A stretch of DNA of 63,752 nucleotides, counting the filler, from Hausera hauseri (taxonomy: Eukaryota), in the NCBI GenBank assembly GCA_046269625.1. It is 10 parts of 10 records of this genome, joined end to end, with 100 filler letters (N's around TTAATTAATTAA, not from the genome) between each part and the next. Parts side by side here need not be neighbours in the genome. Positions count along the whole stretch, not along the records: positions 45,138 to 49,419 come from JBJURY010659552.1; positions 49,520 to 53,616 come from JBJURY010764762.1; positions 53,717 to 63,752 come from JBJURY010249958.1; 7 more parts are not named here. One strand, given 5' to 3'. Below are positions 45,477 to 59,029 of the stretch, piece after piece (the first letter of the stretch is position 1; the number at the start of each line of letters is the position of its first letter). Made by a program: the position numbers and the translations under genes. The notes beneath the pieces were generated by a model. The model saw only the letters and a list, made by a program, of their open reading frames with translations, ran no database searches and was not told the origin of the DNA.

Positions 45477-48144
45477 TTAAAAGGGTGATGTTGCGTCAAC
45501 AGCAGAAATGTTGTGGATAAAAGCAGGGGAAAAACAAGGAATAGAAATCGTTAATAAAAGGCATATTAAAAAATGTTTGCCAGACGAATAGTACACAGTG
45601 ATAAATCTCACCTCATTGTGTACCAGTATCCGTTCAATGCTGTCCTTGGGATCTGTGAAACCATTCTTGTCCAACGATGGTATTCGAAAGAACTGTCGAA
45701 ACTTCGATAAAACATCTTCACAATTTCGAATGGGAAATACTTCGAATCCGTAGGCAATGCAAAGTTTTAAAAACCTTAATATATGTGAATTGGCCCGCGG
45801 TGATTTGCTGGACATTTCGACTGTAGCATAATGAATGTAATATAATGCAGCGATCAGTCCCAACTTTGTCGGCGGTACATCATTGGCATTTTCTTCATTG
45901 TTATAAGCCATATTTTCGTAATTTTCTAAATATGAAAGAAGCTTCGGTGTCACGATATTCCAAATATGAGGCAAATTCTTGTAGAGAATATAAACAAGCA
46001 CTTCAATGGTCTTGATTATACTCAACCATCTGTAGTTGGTTGATAAAGGAACTCCAGCAGGAACCAATAATCTAGCGATAAGAAATTGCGGCTGAGGAAT
46101 GTTGAATTGAGTGTTGTAGTCTATAATGTAATATATATATCATAGTATACATCGTTAGATTCTGGTACGTTATCATCAGCACTGTTGCTTCCATCAATAT
46201 CACTGGTTATAACTTTTGAAAATAAAGTATATACAGGGTTGCAAATGACATCAAACCATTGGTATGTGGCTAAATCCAATTGGGAGTTTTCCCTGTTTAT
46301 TAATTGAGTGTAGTTATCGAAACGGGTAGAATTCGGTTCAATGGATGGGGAAGGATTCCATGCTGTAATTAAAATACATTTTAGAATACTGGACGCAGTA
46401 TTAATTCGATCAGTCTTTTCCTTACTTTGCCGCTCGGTTCTATCAACTTTCAACTGTTGTGCAACAGTTTCAATTATATCCTTTAACGGTACGGTAAATG
46501 GATCCTCACAAAAGTCGTAGAATCTTATTCGAAACGTAGGATCTTTGGAATTGTTCGTGAATTGAAACTCAACATGATGCGACTCAAACAGATCATATCG
46601 ATTATACTTTTCCATCTTTCTTAAGACTTTAAGTGCGGTGCGATTTACTTGATACATATTTTGGATACATATTTTGATATAAATAATCCGAAACATGTTG
46701 TTAATGCATAAATCTAACGTTCTTAAACGCTGGGTTATTATGTTGCATGATAAAACATAAACGAGCGGTTCCATCAATAGCAATAAATGAGGTAGTAATG
46801 TACTAAGTCTCACGGGGGTGATAATACAAAGTTCACTGAGTAAATCCCGTACTTGATTGGTATGCAGTGATCTTGACAAAGCGCTCAAACTATTCAACAT
46901 ATGGTGCAGCAAAGGCAAAAACTGCCTATATAGTCTTTCGTGAGCTCCACCACCAAATGAATGAAATAAATAGCGTAAAAGGCAAATGAAAATACTGGGA
47001 TCTTTTGCGTAAAGAGAATATTTTATACAGTCCAGTATAATACGTCTAAGATGCATCTCTAAAATATTTTCGAAGCAAGCCAAATTTCTATGAATGGAAT
47101 TGAAAATTAACTTCAGCAACTGAATATGTAAGTTGGCCTCGGGTGTACCTTCCCCGATAATCTCTATGTTATCAAGTACGATAATATTAGATTGGCGAGT
47201 ATAGCCGAATTTGTTCCCTGTTCTTCTTGAGAACTGCTCAAAATAATTTGGGATAACTCTAATCCAATATTTCTGTAGAAATACTGGTTGTAGTGATAAT
47301 TTCTCCACTGCGCTGACTGATTCTGTATTGATTTCTATAAAATTGCTGTGAATGTCATCCTTCATCTTTTCACACTTAAAAGAAGAGTGATGACCAAGTC
47401 GACATCCATGAAATGCTGCATTCAATTTCTTGAAAAATATCAACAGAGCTTTTTGCAGCAATTTCCCGGAATCAAGAGGTGTTGCAACTGCATAAGCGAT
47501 TTCCTTTGGTCTGTACAAAAGTTCGAGATAGTATATATCCCACTCACGAATTGCATATGGTGAAACAGTTAGACATTCCTTTTCTTTGTCAGGATAGCCA
47601 TCAGACAAACACAATGGGTTGCCTTCAAATGAAAAGTGACTAAGACTATTTGACCTTTTTGTCGAATTGATGTAAATGAGTTGTTCATAAATCTGTTGCT
47701 AATTGACAACTGCGAAAACATTGAAGATACGTGATTATTGTGATTAGAATTGGATAAAGTGGATGGTCGCCGATATGTGAAAATCCCGGTAATGGATTGG
47801 AAGCACTACACACATCGTTTGTTGAAGGCTTTCCAGTGAACACCATAAACTGGAAGGGGTTGTGGTTTGCACGACTAGACATTACCTCTGCCCGCAAGAC
47901 GATGAAATGACTTCCATGTCAATGGCCCATCTATCTTTTAACTGGACTCCAATATTCTAGTGTTGCTGACAGCTTCTTGAAGTAATGGTTGTAGCGTCAT
48001 TAATAATCTAATTTGATCGTTATGATTTTGTGGAATCGGAACGTCTTTTTTAGAATTAAAAATTGTACTGACTAATTGCCTATCACGTTCGTTCGTTAAC
48101 CGGTTAATTCTTGAATCTGAAAACTGAACTATGTTCGAGAGCAT
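45477..48144 (-). pseudogene. TRRAP: TRRAP/Tra1 internal fragment, intronless and disrupted
   Basis: LLKLIFNSI, LLRYLFHSFGGGAHERLYRQFLPLL, ELCIITPVRLSTLLPHLLLLMEPLV match the TRRAP HEAT region; broken into several ORFs. Confidence 0.8.
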
Positions 48145-49519
48145 GAAAGACAGCTATATTGAAATATTGAAATTCAACCATATTTTTTGGTGAACTTTCT
48201 TCAACACCGTGTTATCAAATCGTAAATATTTTTTCCCCAGATGGCTGCCAGCTGGGTTTTGAAACCCAAAACAAAATTAAATTGGGTAACATTTCATCGG
48301 GTAACTGAATTTTCAATCATCTTTATGCATACCTTCTATTCACAAGTTCCCCGCGATTTCCCGGAAATTTTCAAAAGAAAAGTTTTGAAATAAATTTTTT
48401 TGGATTAGCTATTTTGTGCAGAATTTAATTCCACATCGACTGGTACCTATATTGCTCGGACGAAAATGTTTCTGATGTGTGCTACAGCACAAAATATGTG
48501 CTAGCACAAAATTTTGAAAAGCAACAAAACTTTTCTCAACACGAAACTTGTAGAGAATTTAATTCTGTGTCGAATGGTATAAGTTTCATAAGATAATTTT
48601 GCTTCGGTCTCAAGTTATAACCAAAAAACCGAATTACATAATTGATAGTTAATCTCTATATATTAAACTTAGAAATTTTTTCAACTTTTTGGTTTCGGAT
48701 TATCCATTTTTATTGTATATATTTATACAACATTTACAGATTGTAGAGGTTTCACCTCGGTTTCGTCTACATTCACTTCAAATGTAATTATTATTTTATT
48801 TTATTATTATGCGTCCTGTTTCACAAAATTTTCAAATCTGAATTATTTGCCCTCATTTTTATTGTATATTTTATAATTGAAGTGTTGGAGTAGTTGTTTT
48901 ATGAGAACTATGGGTTGGTTTTTCAATTTATTAATATTATTAATATTATTATTTTATTATTATTATTATTATTTACGAATGAATGAAAATTTAAAGAAAA
49001 ATTTGAGGCGTTGGCCCGTAGCAGCCATTATATAAGTTTTCCTTTTTGCCTTTCCTCGAAGTCATTTATAAACGTGAAACGCGAATTGTACATTTGTGGA
49101 CTTCACGTTTAAATGAGAATTATGAGAACTTTATATTGTGATCGCGTGTGGTTGAGATTTATTCCTAGTTTTCCTTGCTAGGCGTGTACGCTTCGTAGAG
49201 TGTCGCGATGTGCTGCAAGAAGCCACAAAAATCGGCCGATTCCAATAACCATCATCACCATAATCATCATTCACTTATTCCAAGAACGACCGATTATTCT
49301 AAACAAGCTAAAATTACCCTAACTATGTAGAAATTTCAAAGATTTTCTATATGACTACAAAATCCTTCTTGTTTCTTCACTTCGAAAGCAACCCTCTACA
49401 GAACATTTAAATTGTTGCTNNNNNNNNNNNNNNNNNNNNNNNNNNNNNNNNNNNNNNNNNNNNTTAATTAATTAANNNNNNNNNNNNNNNNNNNNNNNNN
49501 NNNNNNNNNNNNNNNNNNN

Positions 49520-51244
49520 CATTGCAAAGGCAAGCATTCAACAGTGTACATTCGCTACACCATCCTGGTGCTAAAGCCACTTTTCGTTTACTCCATCGAC
49601 AAGTAATTTGGCCGTCAATGAGTTTTGATGTGCACACATGGGTTAAGGAGTGTGTAGCTTGCCAAAAATACAAAACAACTAAGCATTTAAAGCCACCACT
49701 GTTCCACTTACTCTGCGCATCGCGTTTCGAATCCGTGCATATCGACGTCGTTGGCCATCTTCCTTCAGACAACGGTCATCAATTCATTTTTCACCATGAT
49801 GAACCTTTCCTTGAAATGACCAGAAGCCATCCCTCTGCGGTGCACGAACACCGATACCATAGCTGACGTTTTCATTCGTATATGGATTAGCAGGTTTGTA
49901 TCTCCTCGTTTCATTGTCATGGACCAGGGCCCACAGATTGAATCCAACCTGTTTAAATCCTTCGTTAACCGATTGGAGGTCCATCACATACATACTACGC
50001 CTTATCACCCCCAATCGAATGGCCTCTTAGAACGTTTCGACCGAACATTGAAAACGTCACTAAGAATCCTTGCAGAGTCCAACACTAGTTGTACGAATCT
50101 TCTTCCGTTTGTTCTGCTTGATTGGCGGAACACTCCGTCTACTTCTACGGGATGCTCACCTACTGAAGCCTTATTTGGAGCTCCTGTACGACCATTATTC
50201 GAACTAACTGCCCTAGACGACACTCCTACAGATGAAGCGATACGGGCGGATCAAAATCACTTCGTTACGGTCAGCAAAGATTCGTTCTGCAGGATACTTC
50301 ACAAAGACAAAACAGATTTACCCGAAGACTTGTATTTGACAAAATTCGTATGGCTAAAAATTCAAACGCCGTGCGGTTTTCAGCCGCGGTATCTGGGGCC
50401 CTATAAACTGATACAGCTGCATTCACATAATGCTATTATCTCTAAAGTCGGCAAAGAACTTACAGTACATATTACCAACTTAAAGCCGGCCTTCTTTGTT
50501 GACGACACTTCACCAATCGACACGCCAACCTCTTTTTTCACTTCTACATTTCCTGATGTTCCTTTATTTGTTGCTACACCAGTTTAACCCCTCCTTCTGC
50601 TTTTAGTTCTACTTCATCATTTTCCACACCTTCTACTTCTATTTCTATCTCTTTTCCTTTCTTTACCACTCCCTCTATCTCATTTTCTACTTCTAATCTT
50701 CCACCTAACACAATTCCAATTTCTACTTCAGTTTTTATCCCTCCTCCTTCACCCGCCACTTCACCTTTGGTCACTCCTTCGTCTTTTAACACTCCCTTGA
50801 ATGCATTTAACCATCCGTTTTCAACAATCTCTCTCCTTCCTTCACCTTCTTCTCCTCTTCATTCTGACTGGTCTTTCAATGACACAAACTCACAACAAAA
50901 TCTGAAAATTTTTTCTCCAACTTCAACCTATGCAAACAAACATACCGCATAAAGACCAAATATGCAGAGTCACATTTAGCAAGTATAGTAGGGAAAAATC
51001 AGTATAAGGCACCCAACGTTTGTTCACACTAAGACCAACTGACACAGACAATTTTTGTTTAGCGATTTTTTCTTTCCGTCTATTTTGATCTTTATAGTTT
51101 TTACTTTGCCACGGGAGGGGCGTTATGTGGTGCCCAAGGCGGGTGGCGCCCTTTGGCCCATTTTGTCGGGCACGGCCGGGCGTCCGTCGCCGTAGCATCG
51201 GATCCATAGTCGGACCCGATCCTCCACCTCGAAAATTTGACAGT
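49520..51244 (+). mobile_element. Gypsy (same family as 6817-11500) integrase 3' half, PPT and start of 3' LTR
   Basis: HSLHHPG, CVAC, HIDVVG, DQGPQ, HPQSNGLLERF, YLGPYKL; PPT GGGAGGGG 51113-51120; LTR TGTGG from 51126. Confidence 0.9.
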
Positions 51245-53937
51245 CTTCCGTTAGAAATATAATTATGACACCAAGTATTTTAAATCTCTGCATAATGTGG
51301 TGGTTACTTGATTGACACAACAATGCTTACGTAATGCTTGCACACACTTTGTAAAACTTGCATTTGTAAGTATATTGAAATCAACCGTTATTGTCCGCTC
51401 TGTCAGTGTCTAATTCAAGAAAGCCGATTGGGTAAAGGTAGTACGAAACCAGATTTAGTTTTACAAAAGGCCATTTATAAACTCGTTCCACATATTATGA
51501 AATGAGAAATGAATAAAATCCGCGACTTTCTCTCGAACAACGATGATACTGAAAGTGTTTCCTCAACAGAAGAAGTGTGCCTTTTACAGTCCGATGGTAA
51601 ATTGCACTGGAATTCTCGGCGACTTAATTTTGATGATTTTGAACTTTCGGTAATCGGTGCAAAGTCATTCGGTAACAATTCGAAAAAGAACTGTTCCAAA
51701 CCCTTACAATCGATCTTCAGTCGACTAACCGTGACATTGTCGAGCAGCAAACACAACACTTCAAGACACAGATCATTCCACGATTTCCGTAATTTCATTT
51801 GGTCTTCATTAATGTCTATAATTGATTTTGAAACTTTATAATCCGTTGGATATTCGACAAGAAAAATTAAATGCCAATTCGAAATTTGACGATTTAATTT
51901 GGCAAATTTTCCCAACATTGTCCGAAAGCAAGTCGATCTTAATAACGGTATCGACATAAAGCGAACCTAAAACATCGAAGAACGTGTTGAAATCATCAAG
52001 CGAAATAAGATCCAGCGGTGAATCCGTCAGAAACATAACGGGCACACAAAGAAAATCGACAAAAGGTTGCAACTGTAATTTACCGTTAGTCGAATGATGT
52101 AAACAAAATCCAATCATAAATTGTGTCGAGATGAGTTTAAATGGGAATTATTTTGTTGCTGTTACAGACAATAATTTGGTTTGCATATAGTCGATACCTG
52201 CTTGATTTGTTGTTTTTGACCATTTGTACATATTTCCAGAAAACAACATTGTACATAATTCTTATTCCTTTGACTTTAGTCTTTATTCCATTATAACATC
52301 AACAACAGGAAATGGCACAACTCTACTTTGTCGTGATATTGGTCAAACTGATAACATTTTATGGACTAAGTATTCGTATGATTTCTCAATTGTTTCTAAC
52401 GTATCATTCATCGAATACAAAGATGCAAACTTAATTTTAAAGAAAACTACAGTTTCTTGTTCGTATTACCAATGCATTATTGTACAGAAAGACTACGAAA
52501 TTTGGGAAAGTGTTTAAAGTCATATCAGCACCAAAAACCACTGATCCAATTATCGAGTCAACATCGCAACAAATAAAAGATGTCCTTTTAAGATGTGTTA
52601 AAATTTCTAACTGAAATTACAAACTGAATTATTTTTTCAACACATTCAGATCCGGCCGAGTACTATGAGTGTCTTAATAGTATTTCTCACATGCCTTACA
52701 AAATTGTTATGTATAAAGTTTTCAACAGTTCTCCAGTGCAGTGTTTTATATGGCTTCCATTAGTGCATTAGAAATAAAAGCGATGGTTGTGTTGCCGTAT
52801 GTCGTTATCAATGTTGCCGGATTTGACGACCTTTTATTTGTAGTTTCTCGTAACATTATAAAGGATAGAAAAAATTGTTCTAATAAATGATAAATTTTTT
52901 CAATTGAATTCAAATTTTCCAGCCATTTTGTAAGAATTTATCTTTTGATTTGATTTTGTCACTATCAATTGAAATTTATATATGATTCATTGTTTTTTTC
53001 CTTCGATTTATCGATACTACGAATAGTCTCAAGAAAACAATTAATCCAAAAGGTATGCTGAATGATGCTATCAACAATTTCTATCCCCATTATCAGCGAT
53101 ACACTCAAGGAAAATTTCTATTGACAACAGATTTATTTCAAACGATGCTGTCTTTGGTTTACCTTTTATCGCGAAGCGAATGATACGACCTCCTGATACT
53201 GCTTGTACAAACAGCACGTTAAACAATAAATGGTGTCAGAAAAATTTGTACCATTCGGATATGCCCACAAAGATAATGCTCTTATTTCCATCCGTTTTAA
53301 ATTCTAAAAATTATAATAATAACAAATATACATTCTACCCCTATTTGCAAACGGGTGCTAATGTTCTGTACGTCGATACCGGCTACCTTTTCAGTACGGC
53401 TGGCGGCGGCTCTTCGTTGGCTTTAACCGGATGGGCATCTGTTTCCTCCCTACCAGGTTTACTAACGGCACCAAATAAAATGCAGATTTCCGTCAGTTTG
53501 AAACCGTCGAATATGAAATTTTCCCAATTCCGCGGTACCATTTCGGGAATAATCAAATGTGTGGACATTTGTAAGACGGGGGAATTTGAGGTGACATTGA
53601 GACCGATTGAGGAAAANNNNNNNNNNNNNNNNNNNNNNNNNNNNNNNNNNNNNNNNNNNNTTAATTAATTAANNNNNNNNNNNNNNNNNNNNNNNNNNNN
53701 NNNNNNNNNNNNNNNNTCTTCCCGGATAGGACTTTGTTCCGGGGTGAGAATAGTGAAACCCATTTGGCCCCAATGCTCTCTGATTCGTCCTCTACTCCCA
53801 TTGGCTTACTTCCTTCCCCCCGATGACGTGTCCTCTTCCCATTCGTCAGTTTCACGTCCCCGCGATGACGTGTTCTCCTCCTATTGGCTTCCTTCCTTCC
53901 CTGGGGGGTTTGGGGAGAACTCCTTCCTTCCAACTAC

Positions 53938-55070
53938 TATAATGGTCAATCTACAACGAACAGACATGGCAGGCTTAGTCATATACCTGATTGAGGTCGA
54001 CCTCAAAATACCAGATAAGCTGCATAAAGTTTTGGACGATTTACCGGTCACACCATTTAACCAATATCCTCCAGGTTCAAAAGTGTAGAAACTGCTCATG
54101 ACGCATGAACCGAAGCTGAATTACGTGGTACATTACGCGTCTGCTACAGTTCTACATGCAGCTTCTTGTACGCGTCACACGGCTGTATCGTGCAATCCGA
54201 TTTGCTCAGGCTCCCATATTCAAGGCCTACAAAGATGGCAATTTGGAGAAACAAGCCGCAGCTTGTACAAAATTCGAAAAGGACTACTACAAGCTGAAAA
54301 ACAACTGCATGTACGGAAAAACAGTGGCGAATCTGAAACAACGGCTCAATGTGCGTCTATGTAACTCGGAAAAGCGGCTGGTTACGTATACCAGCAAGGA
54401 ACAGTTTTGGCGGTCAATGCACATTGCCGATGGATTGGGTGCGGTACTGTTAAACAGGGAAGAAGTCGTTCTTGACCGGCCAAGTTACATCTGACAAGTG
54501 GTATTGGACATGAGCAAGTAGATCGACTTGGCACGTTACCAGCAAATTTTTGACGGCTGCAATATAGACATAATTGCCGGTGGCATAGACAGTTTTTTCC
54601 GGCGGCTGAAAAACGTAAATCGCGAACAGCTACAGCAGCAAATGCAGTCAGATGGATTAGTGGACACGTTCAACTACTCACCGGATCATCCGTTGTACAG
54701 GAGCACTATCACCAATAAAATCGGTTGCTTCAAGGATAAAAGTGAAGGTCGTGTCCGGTATCGGGCATGGATATTCCTACGCCCAAAGTGATACAGTTTT
54801 CTGATGGACTGTGGACCGAACATGCGGGCAAAAGTCGTCCAGCTGAGACAGACGGAAATCGGCCGCGGTGATTATCGCCGCATATATGAAGCGGCAGCAG
54901 CAGAAGGAGGACAATTAGTGGCTGTTGTGTCTCAAACGATCTTCAAATGAATTGAGAACCAGATGTATACAACAACTAATGAGAATGTCGCTTTGTCATG
55001 TAACGATGACAAGCAAAAGTGGGTGGAACGAAATAACAGTTGGGCATATGGACATTGGAGGTTGAAATAA
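53938..55070 (+). pseudogene. Maverick pPolB C-terminal fragment (paralog of 12576-16004)
   Basis: YLIEVDL, YYKLKNNCMYGKTV, IAGGIDSFF, IGCFKDKS, FLRPK, NDDK, WAYGHWR. Confidence 0.88.
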
Positions 55071-55349
55071 AACGCGTTCGGTGGTGTCAGATCAAATCAG
55101 ATACAGGCAATTCAATCTAGTCTGGATATTGAGACAATTATTTTTTGTACATTGTTTTATTTCAATATTCATAATGTACTTTGTTTAGTGTCTTTTGTGT
55201 TTTGTTTTCGTTTACTTACTTAACCTATTATTATTAAGTAAGATAGAATAAAAGTAAAACAATAACCTTGTATGAGAAAACAAAATATGTAACACGAATA
55301 CATTTATTTATTGATCGTAGAAAAACTAATATCACAAAAATACACAAAG

Positions 55350-55734
55350 TAAATCAGTTGTTCGATGTTAAATACGTCGTCAATCACAACTCGGCAAAGT
55401 GTGAATGTAATTGTGTAAGTTTTTGTCTGTCAATTTGATTTTTAATGTAAAATAATGTATTTTCAATGTCAAAACGATCACAAATCTTTCCCATAATATA
55501 CATCACACATAAAATTGAATCGAATTTATACCAGTGAAGTCCATGACGATGTCAAAAGAGAAATCTGTTTATAATTTTCGCCTTTTCCGTCAGGTCATTT
55601 CGCACTACACCGGGCTTGAATACGTATACAACTGGTTTGAAAATGTTACCAACGTCCACAATGCATAAGTCCTTTATTATGTACCGGGCATTATCATCTT
55701 GGAAAGCTTCAATATCTATAAATCCTGTCGCCAT
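55350..55734 (-). pseudogene. Small DEDD-exonuclease-like Maverick accessory ORF
   Basis: GFIDIEAFQ...YIIKDLCIVD...YVFKP; broken downstream. Confidence 0.5.
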
Positions 55735-55845
55735 TACTTATGTATAAAATTACACAAATAAAACAACTAACTATTATTATTATTATCATCATTGAACATA
55801 GGTGGTTTTGTCCATATCACTAAAGCAAAATTCTTTGCGTTCATT

Positions 55846-56269
55846 TCATGTTGTTATTGCTTCATTGACACAAAACAATCCCCATTGTTCCGGTGACATT
55901 ACATTAAATTCCGCCCCTTCACATCGAAGAAAAACGATTTGTGCGATTGCACTGCCTTTCGAAAAAGCATATGTTTCTCCGGATTGGTTTGCCAGAAACA
56001 CCTTAATTTCACCACGAAAGTCTGAATTAATGACACCGCCCACAACCGTCAGTCCGAGCTTTGCCAGTCCGCTTTTCGATAAAAGTTTGTCGTAGTAACC
56101 GGGTGAAATCGCCAATCGAATCTCAGTTGTTTTGAATTTTGATTGTTCTGTCCGAAATTGTCGTATTGACGTGGGAAAAAACGTCGTAGCTTGCACTGTT
56201 TGCTGTAAAACGTATTGATACAAAGGCATTTTTGTCTGTTAAGATAATCTTTACGTCATTCATCATCAT
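55846..56269 (-). pseudogene. dut: dUTPase, frameshifted
   Basis: SASYDVFS (motif 1), KSGLA (motif 2), GGVINSDFRGEIKV (motif 3), AIAQIVF (motif 4). Confidence 0.88.
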
Positions 56270-57139
56270 TATTCTTATACCAATATTAAAATTACACATA
56301 TATTTATACTGGTTAATTGGGTTAGTGAAAGAAGAACGTAAAACAAAACAACAACAACGAGAATATTTATGGATAATTAACATTTGCTTCAGCTACCCGC
56401 CAAATCTGGCTCTTGATACAACCTTTTCTTTGTATCCTTGCAATTCAATATTCAGTCGACAATTTGAATCATCAACGGTACATTAGACATTTCGTGACCA
56501 ACAAAATCAAACAATTTCATTTTCTGAGCCGGTAAAACGACAGATTGCTGTTGCACAGTCGTTTCGTTCAACTTTAAATCTACGCTTAATTAATGCAGAG
56601 CATCAGAAAGTTTATCCAAATTTTCTCCCGACAGACATTTTACACGATAGCTGTACTTGGGTGCGCATAGAAGCACAGGATCATTTAATAAAATCAGTCG
56701 GGCGTTTGCAGAAAATGCATTTCCTACTTGCGAAAGATTCGTTTTGGTAAAAATGTCTGTGTTTGGCGCGACGGTTTTGATTTTAGTTTACATATTTCAA
56801 TAATTGCATTTTGCCTTTTTTAACGTCAATTTTCCTGCTGCTGATTTCTGAGCAAGTTCCTTTTTCCTTTCCAGACAATCAACATCATAATCTTCCTTCA
56901 TACAATCGCCATTAGAAGGCTTTTCTAATTGTTGGACAGATTTTGTTTTCGTTTCCCGAAATTTGACATTAGAATTGTCCTTTTGTAGCCAAGCAACCAA
57001 TCATCATTCTCACAACCACCATCATCATCATCATTGAGTAGAAAGGTTTTGTCGTCGTCTTCCATGGCAGTATTGTCTGAATGAGTATAGGAATGGTATT
57101 TATAGTTTGCTGTTGTTGTATAGAGTACAATATTTTGAT

Positions 57140-57568
57140 TCACTAAAGCATTTATGTGGTTTCTAATTTGATTAATAAGCGGTTCATAGTCCACGGTCTG
57201 CATACCGAGTACAACAATTTTTGCACTGCTAAACACATTGACACAAAGTGGGCAAAACAATGTCTGTCTCAGTGCAGGAAACATTTCGGGTTCATACGTA
57301 CATTTATCAGTGGCCATTGCTAATTTGTACAGATTGATTGTTTGGTAGTCTAACTGAATTGTTACCGTTATTGATTAAATTTGGTCAATGACAATTCCAA
57401 ATTGTAGCAGTTTACTGTTGTCAGCTGTGACTGGTTTGCTACAACCCATAATACGACACATTCCCGATTGAAATATGTTGAATGTAAACTCCGGTGGTCA
57501 CTTGAGGACATACTGCCTCGGTTTCCATTAATTAAAAGGTAGTGTGTTAATGTCACACTCAGTAACAT
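57140..57568 (-). pseudogene. TATA-binding-protein-like gene inside the Maverick
   Basis: Repeat 1 IFQSGMCRIMG; repeat 2 INLYKLA...YEPEMFPAL...VNVFSSAKIVVLG, matching TBP YEPELFPGL/IFxSGKxVxTG. Confidence 0.7.
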
Positions 57569-57703
57569 GTCCGCAATAGTTGATATTACCAAACATTAAG
57601 GAATCAGTGTTTATATTATAGCTACTTATGTGCGTGTAACACGATTATAAACAAATCATGTGGTTAGGAAAGGTTGTATTATTATAATTCTTACTATTAT
57701 TAG

Positions 57704-58354
57704 ATGAAGTTGCACAAGGATGCTATTTTCCAGATTGTAGGCCTTAGTGGAAGTTGCAAAACACACTTTGTGTGTAAACTATTGCAGAAGTACCGTAACA
57801 TGTTGCATTCACCCTGGTACAATCACATTTACTGGCATCAGGGTGTTGGTGATAATGGTGAGTCCGGTGTGATACATCGAGAATTTTGTAAATTAAAATC
57901 CATAGCGGCAAGTGTTGGATTTGATAAGAACTGGTCAGAGAGATTACGCAACGACGACGTTATTATATGATTTATTTTAGGAAGCCACGAAACAATCGGA
58001 ATTCAACAACCTGTTCACGAAGATTAAACGGCACCGTGGTGTGACGGTCATTTTTATTACTCAAAACATGTTCCATTAGGGCGGAAAACATCGAACAAGA
58101 AATTTAAACGTACACTATTTGGTGTGTTCAAAAATCCCCATGATCCGACTATCATTGATTATGTTTCACGACAAGCATTACCTTACAACCGAGACTACTT
58201 GATAGATGCATATCATGATGATACTACCGAGCCATACAGATACTTGTTCACTGACTTTAGGCAACAGTGTGTCGATGACATGCGTGTACGAACAGACATG
58301 TTCAATCAGAAAGGTGTATGTGTCTATAAACAAATTCGAAAATCGACGACATGA
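57704..58354 (+). pseudogene. A32/FtsK-like genome packaging ATPase
   Basis: Walker A GLSGSCKT, VIIYDLF (Walker B-like), HRGVTVIFITQNMF, RTRNLNVHYLV, FKNPHD; frameshifted. Confidence 0.88.
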
Positions 58355-58561
58355 TTGAGATAAAATGAAGAATTTCCGAAAAACAATTGTTAAACGTGAA
58401 CCTACCAAGTGGGTGTTCGGAAAGAAACGTGTCTCAAAACGAACCGCTACAGTCAAGAGATTAATAAATTCTGTGCTTTGAACAAAAACAACTAGACGCA
58501 AATTACCGTCACAGTAACAACGGTTATAAACAACGATGTCTCGGCATCAATACGTCCAAAA

Positions 58562-58860
58562 ATGCGATTCAAATGTAATCAGCCGTACTTTATTGCTTTG
58601 CTCAAGGCACCTACGAGACATAAGCAAAACATGCTGCGATCATTCTCACAATTTGTAGTAGACGATTTGATGGCAATTTTATACAATATCTTTGTGGGTC
58701 ATGTTGACATTGGTAGTGGGAAGAGGAATTTACTAAAGTATAGAAAAGGACTCATTGGCCTTTCCAACGCTTCTAGTAAATGACTGAAACGAGAGGTCAT
58801 GTATCAGCAAGATGGGGGATTCCTTGGTGCAATTCTACCGATTGTCATTTAATTACTGGG
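58562..58860 (+). pseudogene. Small basic pX-like core protein (paralog of 16469)
   Basis: MRFKCNQPYFIALLKA...YQQDGGFLG with internal stop. Confidence 0.6.
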
Positions 58861-59029
58861 TGGACCCATTGGTTCTGCAACAACATGATAGTATAAACAA
58901 TGACGGTAAGTATATAATGATTCGGCGATATGGGTGCATGGTTTTCATCTTTCTGTCCCAGTTTACCGAATTTTTCATTAACGTTTCTTTCAAATTGTTG
59001 TAATTCTAACTAAAACGACACCAACAACG

